Origin: Monocercomonoides exilis PA203
Taxonomy: Eukaryota; Protista; Preaxostyla
Assembly (NCBI GenBank): GCA_001643675.2
Contig: LSRY02000049.1
Coordinates: forward strand, 620,001 to 684,000
DNA length: 64,000 nucleotides
Reading direction: 5' to 3'
Both the position numbers and the translations under genes were made by a program. Each line of letters begins with the position of its first letter. Position 1 is the stretch's first letter. Shown piece after piece: positions 37,909 through 49,400 of the stretch. The notes beneath the pieces were generated by a model. It was not told the origin of the DNA and made no database searches. It worked only from the letters and a program-made list of their open reading frames with translations.

Positions 37909-37957
37909 ATTGGACATTCCCGGGTTTTGTCCCTTTCCCGGGTTTTGTCCATGACTT
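37909..37957 (-). repeat. Right terminal-inverted-repeat-like sequence (49 bp)
   Basis: Reverse complement AAGTCATGGACAAAACCCGGGAAAGGGACAAAACCCGGGAATGTCCAAT matches 17206-17254 at 44/49 positions; followed by GA rather than TA. Confidence 0.8.
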
Positions 37958-38309
37958 GACATCAAACAAAACAATTTTTATTTCGATTTGGAAAATCGTG
38001 ACTCAAAAAGTTGCAATTACGCAAAACAAACTCAGAAATTTCTTCAAAACTTTCTTTTCTTTTCATTTAATACATGACCTAAAAAAAACGCTCCTTTTAA
38101 CATAAAATTTTGCAAAAACAAGAAAGAAAAGATATTCCAATCTTCAAGATCGAATTATCAACAAAATTGTTGTTACATTATATTTTAATAAATATATAAT
38201 TAATTAATTCAAATTAAATCACTTTTTAACATTTTTGAAGTCATAAAAATTACTAAAGTAAGGGTTTTGCAAGATCTTTTTTCTTTGTTTTGTTTGCCCA
38301 ATAACTGAA

Positions 38310-40266
38310 ATGGAGATCTCTTCGCAAATAGCCAATCCCGTTGTCCTTTCGCTGTCTGAAGAAGAAATTAAACGAGTATTAAATACTCCAATTGATTGGA
38401 AAGCAAGTGTTTCAGATGGGATTTTATCTCCTGCTGTGATTGACATTCTCTCAAAATTCGATCTTGGAGAATTCAAATCTGTATTCTATTTATTTTTTTT
38501 TCAACCGGCAGATTAAAGTTTTACATTATATACGTTTAGAATCCAAAAGCATGGTTTGGTGCGATTTTCGAAGGCTTAAACAAGATTTCCCAAACGGAAT
38601 ATCTCAGATATTTATTAACTATACTTGAGACTGCATTAGAAGGTTTGATGCACAAGTTTATAATAAAATAATATTACATTTACATTTGACATTTCATCGT
38701 TTTTTATTTCTTTGAAGATGACAAGGATTACAGCACCTTGATGATTGAACTCGGAGCGTCCGAGCAATCTGGAGTTTCATTTCAAACACTGTATTCCTTT
38801 TTGGATCGAAACGATTTATATATCCAAGCAAGAGCAGCGGCAATCCTTTGCATTGTGCTTCGTAATTCTTCATCACCTCCATCGGCCATTCTTGATCCAT
38901 TTCTTCATCACATCAGAAATGTATTGAAGAAGACAGACAATGATAATTCATTAACGTTGTGCCTTCACGCACTTGGACAACTTCTTAGAAATCTGAAGAT
39001 TCGTTATTTGTTTATAAAATCATCAGGATTGGAATATTTGGTTCCACTGCTAACAGCCAAAAGTCAAAATTTACAAATTTTATATGAGGCGTTGTATTGC
39101 TTATGGCTATGCTCATTTTCCTCGCAATATGTTCCAAACTTAAGAGAGTCCTCATTATTGTATGACTCGATGACTTCATCATCTTCTCTTCCTGCTTCTA
39201 GCTCTTCGTCTGCGGTATATGACATTTCAGATAACTCCAAGTCGAACGTCAATCCTCTTTTATCCGGACATCTTCTCTTGATGCCTGCACTTGTGCAAAT
39301 CTTGAAATTCCACACAAAAGATAAGATTATCCGTATGTCACTCGCAATAATTCGGAATCTACTCAGCGGAAAGGGTGTTGAATCAGAATCAGATGCGACA
39401 TCTGCAATGGCATCTTCAATGGCTGGCCAGCAGCTTATTGAAGCTGGATGCGTTAAGGCATTACACATTCTCCTCTCCAAGCAATGGAGAGACGATGAAC
39501 TGAAGAACGATCTCCAGTGGGTGGCTGACACACTCAACAAGAAAGAAGATCAGATGTGCTCAATGGAGGCATACGCCGCAGAATTGAAATCTGGCCGCCT
39601 CACATGGTCACCACCACACGTCTCGGAGAAATTCTGGAAGGAGAATTATTCCAGATTTGATTCGGAGAATTTCCAGATGGTGAGAGATTTAGCGACTTTG
39701 CTGTTTTCTCAAGATCCAGTCACTTTGGCTGTTGTTTGCAGAGATATTGGAAACTTTGCAGTGTTTCACCCACGTGGAAGAGCGTATGCGTTTTTGGAGA
39801 ACATATTTTTTTTTTTTCGGGAAAGAAAAAGAAAGAAAAGAAGAGATTATGCATTTTAACTTTTCTGAATTAACACATTTATTCACTTGTGCTTAACACA
39901 AAAAACATTTCAATTAAACACCATTTTTCAATATTTTATCGCTTTTCATTATTTAATATATCCTATTTATTTTATTTCCCCCCATACAAACGCAGTTTAA
40001 TCGAGAGCTACAACATCAAATCACGTATATTGGAGCTGATGTCTGCCGAAGACCAGACAGTGCAGCGGGAGGCTCTGCTGTGCATCCAGAAGATTCTGAC
40101 TCAGAAGTGGGGTGTTCTCCAATCGATGGGCTCCTCCTTTGCTTCCTCGCCTGTTCCTTCCTCTTCACCCGCTGTTGGCTCTGCTTCCTCCTCTTCTGCT
40201 TCTTCGTCTGCCCATTCAGCTTCTGGTGCCATGAAAAACCCGCTTGCTTCTCCATCTCCCGTTTGA
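38310..40266 (+). CDS. ATP6V1H: V-type proton ATPase V1 subunit H
   Basis: Exons 38310-38480, 38540-38642, 38718-39783 and 39996-40266. Motifs: LQILYEALYCLWLCSF, KDKIIRMSLAIIRNLL, WRDDELKNDL, ELKSGRLTWSPPHVSEKFWKENYSRF, LAVVCRDIG..HPRGR, KSRILELM..VQREALLCIQK. Confidence 0.95.
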
Positions 40267-41254
40267 GTTGTAGCCAGCTGATAGGAAAAAGGAGTAGAGT
40301 ATGTGGAAGAGACTTGTTATAAACAAGAGAATTATGGCGAACAGGATTTTTTTGAATGCTCTTGTTACATTCATCCATCTTTTTTTCTTCTTCACTTCTT
40401 TCTCACATTCCATAAACTATTCTCTATTCAAATATGCTAAAATTTATTTAATTCAAAGCAAAGATGCAAATTCATTCTTTTTGACGTTGTATCTGATTCC
40501 ATCAAAATACATCATAAAAATGCTAAAAAGCTTTTGTGTTCTTTACATAAAGCTTATTATTACAGTTTATTTGCTCTTAAAAACTTAATCCTTATATTGA
40601 TGATTGAAGAGCATGAATATATTGTGTGCATCTGCAACAAATAAAAAATTGTATTTTTTGTAAAGTTGCGTTTATAAAAAAATAAAATTTTGGCCAAGGA
40701 TTAGTCACAATGGAAAAAAATTTATTAATTTAAACAGCATTTTTAAGTATAAGAAGATGAAAATACACAAAAATGTCAAGGAAAAAACTTCAGTTTGAAG
40801 TCACATAAAATCTTACAGAAGTCATCTTACACAAACGTTGAAAAAAAAAAGACACAAGTAAAATTATCCACGTTTGATCTTATAAACTTATAAAAACCAT
40901 TGCAACAATAAAACTTGGATAACGTGTTTGTGAAATGTTATAAAAATGTACTAAAGTTACAAAAAGAATTGTCATCGAAATGCTGAAAAGAAAGAAAGAA
41001 AGAAAGAAAGAAAATAAGAATATATTAAAAATTTCCTCAATAACTAAAAACTATATAAACGAGGTGTTGTTTTCACTATAACTAAATACTCTTTAGACAA
41101 TTCTTAATTTTTAGCACAAACAACAAGGGAACATAAATATCTGTAGGTTAAAAGAAATAATTGAAAGCTAAGGTTGTCATCATAATCATGAAGCCTTTGT
41201 AAAGTTAAGGTCAATTGAACGGCTTCTGAAAACTCAATATAACAGCTAAATCAT

Positions 41255-41255
<1 letters not shown>

Positions 41256-41292
<37 letters not shown>
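41256..41292 (+). repeat. Poly(A) tract (37 nt), intergenic
   Basis: Direct read of the sequence. Confidence 0.9.
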
Positions 41293-41295
<3 letters not shown>

Positions 41296-41657
41296 AGTCA
41301 CAAGTGAAATCTGTGCAATTAACGAGCAATACCAAAGAGAATCAAAGTTGCAAAACGAATAATATTTTTTGTCAATAAACATATGCACCAGTTATAAAAA
41401 TGCAATTATTATTAAAAATAAAGCAATATCACTGAGATTGAGGCAGTATATGCACCGTTTTGAATATTTGCTCATTTATACTTATAAATATCAGTACCAC
41501 TATTAGTACTTTCTTCATCAAATTTATCAACAAAAACACATCTTACAATCTTTGACGAGCAAGACACTACATATATTTTATCTCCCACAAAGAATAACGG
41601 ACACTTTCCAAAAGGATTAAAAACAGCAGAATTTCAAATATATATGCCTCTTTGCAA

Positions 41658-44086
41658 CTACTTCAGCACATCCGCTCCTTCTTTGTCACCATCAAGTGTT
41701 TGCGGAGCAGAAGCGATAATTGGCTGCATTCCTTGAACATTGTTCTGAACTTGTCCTTCATACAAAGGTGGAATTTGCTCATTAGAATCAAGTTGAACAG
41801 GAAATGCAGGCGGATAAGGAGGTGGTTGAGGATATTGCTGTTCGTATCCTTGGGCTGGAAGCGCATAAATTGGATCAACAACCAGAGGAGGGTACTGAAT
41901 GATAGGCGGTTGTGCTGCATATGCCAAATCGGTCCCAGCCTGTGGCTGCAACGAGGACAATGCTGGTTGAGAAGCTATCTGAAGCTGAGCAACATTGCCA
42001 TTCTGCTCTTGTCTTCTTTGATTTGGTTGAACACTGCTCAACACAACAGGCTGCGGAGGCTCGGCCCAATAAGTAAGATTAAAATCTGGGTTTTTGTCGT
42101 GATATTCCGAAGCCATCGAATAGCCTTCTCTTGCAGCTTTTGACATATGCTTTTCCAGTTTTTTTGATGGAAACGGCTGATATTCTGGTGTGCTCAAAGT
42201 CATCTCCTCGTCCAACAGAAAAGAGACATACAGCGTCTCTACGCCATATCTGAATGTGCTAAACATGACATGTGTAACGACTCCTATAAATAGAAATCCC
42301 ATCACTAAGATAACAACCCAGCTATAATATGGAATGAAGTTATTTCCTGAAGTCACGTTTGAAGGATTGAATATATCGGGCCTCACAACCAGGATGAGCA
42401 ACACAAACGAAAACACATCGATGAAGAACTCCGCAATGCCAAAGACGAATGACAAAACTCGATCCAAAACTAACGTCTGCAGCAGATTACGAAGCTTCAG
42501 CAATATCGTCTGCTTGCCTGCCTCCCAAAAGGGAAGGCCTTTTATCGACACTAATGTGTATGCGCCCGATGAAAAGTACTCAAAATACCTTGAGGCACAC
42601 TGCAGAACACACGAAATGCATACGCAAAGAAACTGAACGACAGAACTTCCTGCGCTACGACTGCAGCTTGATGCAATTTCAGAGAGCACACGAAGTATTG
42701 TTGCAAGTACAATCAATCCCGAACCGAAGGCGATTGAACCAGTGTGATAGCGGAAAGTGCGTTTGACAGCGTTGAATACAGGCCAAGACGCAAGTTCTGC
42801 TTTGTTGTGTAAGAAATACCAAGACGCAACAGAACCTGAAACGACCATCTGATTCGATCCGATAACAAACATGGCCATCCAAATCCAAGCAATAATTAGG
42901 AATATGAAAATCACCACTCCATATGAAGGCACATAAATTTCATAACTCATTGAATTGTTCGAATAGTTTATCTGAAATGACGACAGAAAATCCATAACAC
43001 ACAACACAAAAAGATAAGTTATTCCCCCGATTGCCACAACAGCAACCACCGATACGCCAAAAACACATGGCATAGCTTTCAAAGCAATGCCCGCCTCTTC
43101 AGTAAGCTGCACAACAAGAGCAATACGGCGGCGACAACTGTACAAACAGAAGAGGAATATCAAGCCGATGACAAACATTATGAACCCCGCGAACACCATC
43201 AATTTAAAAGCAGATAACTCACGGTTAGAAGAACTGTAATATAGAAATAATCCAGCAATTCCACAAATCAGACCAAAAATAGGTAGAATGCTGAGTGCAA
43301 ATCCGATACAACAATACATCACTTTCTTAGTGCATAGACACATGCAGAATAGCCAAATTAAGCTTAATGCAATTGAAATCACTCCGCCAATTGCAATCAT
43401 CCATATCGATTTACTGAAATCTTCAACAAAATTGGTAATCTGTTTAACAGATTGAGGAGAATTAGGATAACTTAATAGGCAACGCCCTCTAAAGCTTTGA
43501 TATGTTGATTGAGAAATAGTGCAATTGTTTGAAGACGAACAGTTATCTGATGAGACGCTTGTTTCTTTATGTAAGCAAATACAATCACCTTTAGAAGGAC
43601 ACCTCGAAATACACCAGCTGTCGTGGATATCCGGTGTATTTATAATGAGCAAATTCGGCTTATTTGAGTACTTTGTTCCAGGCTTCCCACAAATATTCCC
43701 GCTTCATTATTGAGATTATTTTTTTTTATTCAAACAAAAAAGTCAATTGCACGTACAATTGAATCAAAATTCATAAACATTAAAATTTTCATTTTCAAAA
43801 TTTACAAAATTATAACAAACAGGCTGTCAATTGGTTCAAGAAAATTCTCGAGATTTGATGCGGTAATCGAATAAATTAAAAGCGCAGCAAATAAAACAAC
43901 AATGCAAATAAATGTTAACAAGCAAGGAATATCGTTGCATTTTGTTCTATTTTGACGAAAATTAAGCTTTCCATTAACAATTGGCAAACTATTTTCTCGA
44001 GTGCCGTAGTCTTTAAAAATACAAATATTAGCAAAGTCACATTATAAAAATAGCATACCGTCAAATAAGCAAACAGCAGCTAACAT
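41658..44086 (-). CDS. Choline transporter-like (CTL/SLC44) family membrane protein
   Basis: Exons 44086-44059 (start tentative), 44010-43821 and 43701-41658. Motifs: RTKCNDIPCLLTF, DSLGNICG, WCISRCP, VSGSVASWYF, RYHTGSIAFGS, AYTLVSIKGLPFWEAGK, ETLYVSFLLDEE. About 10 TM helices and a Pro/Gln-rich tail. Confidence 0.92.
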
Positions 44087-44164
44087 TTTAACGTTTAATT
44101 TATCTTCAAAAACAAAGAGATCAAGAAATTCTTTTATATCCTGATCTAACCTTAATTATATTTA

Positions 44165-45943
44165 ATGGACGTCTTCGGTTTGTTCTTTAACTCGATTTGG
44201 CTATTTAATGCGATGATAATTCTGTTAAATAAAAATAATTAATTTGCATTTAGACGCTTCACTTGAAGGACCTCGTAGACTTCAATTTTACTTGTCTCAT
44301 GTGTCATATTGCCTTCCTGGTTTGTTCTGATAGTATTGTGAGAAATAACATGGAGCTTTGCTAAAATACATCATTTTTAGATTTGCAACTTGACAGTTCA
44401 CTTTTAGATTTTTCAACTGAGCCAACAGAAGCAACAGCTGCAAAGATTGTGAAAGCTTGCAGAGTTTACTCACCCGAAACATTCTATGGAAAGGTACTCA
44501 GCACACATTTTTCCCAGTGAAGAAATTATTATTATTTTAATGTATCAATACGCTTAGATTTTATTTGAGAAGCCGAATGATGATCCTTGGCTGCAAGGTC
44601 GTTCCTCACAAGTTTATGATATTGAAACTGCATTAAGTTTCACTGACGAGCGAAGAATCACAATTGGAAGTTTGATGATTTTTTGTTACATTTATAAACT
44701 TAAAAATTTTTCTTTTTTAAAGCGAGGAGAGTACATATTCATAATGTTGTTGTTCATACTGCAGAATGGATAACATCCTGGTATATAGAACCATTGAATT
44801 CCGAAGCATGGAGAGCAGGCATGTGCTAGTTATTTTTTAATCCATTAAGCGGACTAATTCTATTAATTTCAGATGAATTGGCTGCAAATGCCACTCAACA
44901 GGTCCAGTTTAATCCTCCAGCATCAACTTTTGCCGAGCTGGATGAGTATCAAGGCTTAGGCCTGGACGCAAATTCGCAAGAATCAGGAATCGACTCGCGC
45001 TCATCTGTGATGACTGAGACGTCAATGCTCAGCAAAGCACCGACGACTCGTACAGGCACAGGCACAAATACTTTGCCTTCGACAATAACAACTGGAACGC
45101 GCCCGCTCACTGCCACTCTGGCGTCGACGCAGATGGTGAAGCCGAAGGAGGCAACGGCAACTATTACTACAACCACAGCAGCAGGAGCAGCAGCAGGGGC
45201 GGCGGTGGGTGCAGCAGCAGCGGCAGCAGGAGGCAAAGAGGGTGCTGCTGGCGAGAAAGCAGAAGAAGGAGAAAAAGGGAAATCAGTGAAAGACCCACCA
45301 GAAGATGAGAAGAAGAAGAAAGAAGAAGAAGACAAGAAGAAAGAAAACGAGAAGAAAGGCGGAAAGAATGAGAAAAGAGGGGATAAAAAGGATGTCAAAG
45401 GGAAAGGGAAAGGGAAAGGGAAAAAGGGAGCAGAATCGTCTTCGTCTGAAAGCGAAAGTTCATCCAGCAGCGAATACAGCAGCTCCAGCAGCTACAGCTC
45501 TTCTTACTCGTCTGAAGAAGACTTGAAGAAAAGAAAGCGCAAAAAGAGCGGAAAGCTCGGAATCTTGCAACAAGATGATCTCTTTAGACGTTTGTCTTTG
45601 TCACTTCACCAAAATAAAGTTTTTTTTTTTTATAAATTTTCTTTTGATATATATATTTTATGTGCATTCTTCATTCCTTGTTCTATTATTAATTTTTTTC
45701 CCGTGACTTTTTTTGTTTGTTTCCAATTGAAAATACTATCAGCATCCGATTTCTTTTCGGCCATGCTCTTCTACATCATGCTGTTTGTTGCAGGGGTTGT
45801 TGCTGCGCTGAGCATCACTTCTGCTTTGACAGGCACAGAAACGATGGATCAGCTGTCAAACTTCTTCAATTCTATGCAATGGGTCACGTGTGCTCTGCTG
45901 CTTACAGCTGTATTTTTGATCTGGTCTATATCGTATGTGTTGC

Positions 45944-45978
<35 letters not shown>

Positions 45979-46082
45979 ATTTATTAAATTTATTATTTAT
46001 TTAAATATTAATGTCTTTCTCGTAAAATTTGCGATTAATTTTGGATGCCAAAATGAATTATTATAGATCTCTTGGTGCGTAA
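44165..46082 (+). CDS. Hypothetical multi-exon protein: small N-terminal globular part, T/A-, K/E- and S-rich linkers, two C-terminal TM helices
   Basis: Phase-consistent small exons from ATG 44165 (MDVF-DASLEGPRRLQFYLSHVSYCLP-DFSTEPTE...WYIEPLNSEAWRA-DELAANA) join the 44878 ORF; one intron needs a GC donor. Later exons give PSDFFSAMLFYIMLF...WSIS-SLGA*. Confidence 0.6.
45946..45977 (+). repeat. (TAT)n microsatellite in an intron
   Basis: Direct read; it explains the poly-Tyr end of the computed ORF. Confidence 0.85.
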
Positions 46083-46495
46083 CATTTTACAAACAGTTTT
46101 TTAAAGTCAGCAAATGAATGCCGCTTTGCTCTCAACCTTGTTTTGATCGTATTTCTATTAAGTGATAATTTATTATTCATTAATTTGTGTTTTCGTCTAT
46201 GTGACTTTTCAGAAATCATATCATGAATTATTTTTTATTTTTTATTTACATATTCCTTTTCTTGTGTTTTGTTTAATGTTCTTGTATTATTTTAGTCTCA
46301 ATCATTTTTACCAAAACCATTATAAACAAGTTATCCAGAAATTTGTGTATACTCTATTTTTGCTGGTAAACAGCTTTTGTTAAAAAAAATTTTTTTTTTA
46401 CCTCGACAAACATATCTTTGAAAAAAAAACGATCAAGCTCTCCCTTTACATTTTGTTTCATTGAGTGAAATAATAATTATTGTGTTTTTCTTGAT

Positions 46496-49400
46496 ATGAC
46501 ATCAATTGAAACACAGTCAGTTGCTGCTTCTGTTGCAAATTCAGTTGCAAGCGTTGACGGATCATTTGTGTACCCAAGATTTCGAAATGTGGACCAATTG
46601 TTAGATTTTTTATTATTTTTTAATTTTCATTAAAATCATGGAAATTTAAGCCTTTTTTCTGTATTCCATCCATTCACAATGGTATGATATATTATTTCTA
46701 AACATTATATTTTTTGTTATTGTTTCATAATGGACAATTTTTTTAAAACAGAAGCGAATCTCTCCGACTTTGAAAGAAGCATGGATAATAATTATAATTC
46801 AGGCTATTCAATTTATGTTTGTTCCGTTACGGAGATTTGATGGAACCCTTCTCGGATTGGAGAAGATTAGCCAAGTTATTGGGTTTATTTTTTTCCTAAT
46901 TATTTCTGCTTTTTCAAAGTTTAACTGTAAATATCCCGTTTTTTATAATTTGTTGCTTTTTATCATTCTTCTCCATGCCTTTTTATACCCCCGAATTTGA
47001 ACTGAAACCATCTTTAATGCTCTGAATTGATCAAACATTTTTTAAACATTTTCTCTGTGAAATAAAATTTTTATCGATAACGCAGACTGTATTTAGATCC
47101 ATCGTTTTATTCTCCTTCAGAGATTTCGTACGCTGTAATTTTGTGTCTGAGCTGCATGCTGATTGTTGTTTGTGGCTTACTTGCATGGGTTGTCGTTGTG
47201 CTATTGCGAAGAGAAATCCCGATGGGAGCATTTGTGCTCATGATGCCGAAGATTTTGGGATTTGTGCTGGTGCATTTAGGCACAATTCCAATTACGGTTT
47301 TGCTGGCGAAACCTTTTGGATGCCTTGTTGCTGGGGTTTCAGAAAGGGAAAAGATGAGTTCATGCTCTTCTTCTTATTACGGAGTTATAGTGGGAGCAAT
47401 TTTTGTAGTGGTTCATGTAATAGCCAATGCGATGTACGAGTTTTTTATTTTTGAGCCATCGCTAAGACGGGGGAGGTATCTGTGCATGCGAAAGGGAGTA
47501 TTTGCAGCTGGATCAAAGCTTTTAACAATTGTCTGCGTCGGCGGAGCAACTGTGGCGATTGGATTAGCACCAATAGTGTCGGGTGTGGTAATGGTTGCGC
47601 ATCACTGCTTGCTTGGATTCTTTGTTTGGTGAATGTTGCCGTTTTCACGTGCAGAAGTGAATGGACTGCGAGCAGGGCTGTATGGGTTCTGTGGAGGAGC
47701 AGGAGTTGTGACACTGTGTGTCCCTCTATTTGAGACATGGGCCGAACACAAAGTGTTGGCTACAGGGAAAGCAGGAAGCTGCTGGAGTGTTACGCTTTTG
47801 TTCTGGATTTTGGAGTTTGTAGTCGGAGGTTTGTGCGGATTTGGCCTTGGAATGGCCACAATAGCACGACACAAGAGCAAATGGATTCTTCACCCAATCG
47901 TGATGAAAGGCGCTGAAGCTTCTGATGGTAACGAAGATACAATTTCATTCAAAGCTGACGCATTACTGAAGCTAAAAGCAGGCAATCTTAAGAATTCTGA
48001 GAGAAAGAAAAGAAGAGATAAGCCGAACGGATATTTTGTAAAAGCTGGAACAATCTCATTTGAAAGTGCCCTGGGTGCTTATGTTCCACAGACTGCAACA
48101 CAAATGGCAATGTTGGGAAATGGTGTTAGTGGATCCGGAAATGGAAGCTGCAATAACGGAGTGAGGGTTGTCGGAATGAACGATAGTGCATACGGAAACT
48201 ATGGAACAACCTCGCCGTTGCCGTCAATTGGCCACGGAGAGTACGGCATGCGCTCAGGAATGAGCTCAAACAGCATTGCTCACCTTCGACAAGGATCGGT
48301 TAAGCAGATCGTTCCGCAGCGTGTTCCTTCGTCGAAGTTTGCACCAGCTGCACCGACTTTGATGAACGAGATCGATTCAAACGAACAGCACACTTTGCAT
48401 GTTGCATCTGCAACTCCATTGAATATGCAATCAAGTTTTCGAGTTGGCAGTTCAGAACCTGGATCATACGCACGTCCTGTTAACGGAATCAATGGCTCAA
48501 CTTCACCCTTTTCGTTGGGATCAATTTCTCCAATGCCAACTTCTTTTTCATCATCGTCATCTTCTTCTTCGTCATCATCATCGTCTTTTTCGTCTTTATC
48601 TTGCCCTCCAGCAACATCTCCTTCTTATCCTTCAAACATTTCAAATGGAATGCCACAGGTGTTTTCACAGCCTGGTGTGGTAGCTCCTGCTGGATCCATT
48701 GGAGGCAAAGCAGGGGTCACAGAGCTAAGAGTACAGGTTGGAAGCGACGAGAGCCAGCTCGGACAAAATAGTGTGCGATTGCTTGCAGAAGAGGAAGCTA
48801 TTATCAAAGCAGTACTGAAAGGGACAATAACAGCTGATGATTTATGGGTGTCACTAGGATTCCTTTCTGTTCCGGAGATGGCTCACGATCCAGCTGTGGT
48901 TCAGTTCTGCGGAGATTTGCTGAAGGCTGCGCGGAAGAAGATGCGGCTTGCATCTGCTGGGCTTAATGTGACAACAGCTATCTTCCAACTGGAGTTTTCT
49001 CATTCTGTGCAAATGGCAATACGCCTGCTTGGTGCTGCTGACAATCTATTTCCTGGGTGGAGCAACCGCTGGCTTATTTTCTCAAAGATGAAGGAGGTGG
49101 ACATGATGCTTGCCAAAAAGAACAGCAAAAGCGGGAGCGGAGCAAGCGAATGGCTGGGAACTGTTGGAGCCCGGAGCTGTAGCGCTGATGAGACAAATTC
49201 TGTTGAAAGCGAACTTGGAATAGGCCCAGAGCTAGGCACATCGAAATTTATGACAGAGCACACAATACGTGTTCAAATGAACCAGGCAGACAAAGAAGCA
49301 GAGCTTGCACGAGCTCATCTCCTGCGAATGTGGACTCTGCTGACACGAGAGGTGGTGGATGTGGAGAAAGTGACACTCCATGCTGAAAAAGGAATGGAGA

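Noticed and set aside
47630-47632. Genome-wide UGA reassignment or selenocysteine
   Set aside because: TGA terminates other genes in the window, the site is in a TM segment, and no SECIS was recognised.
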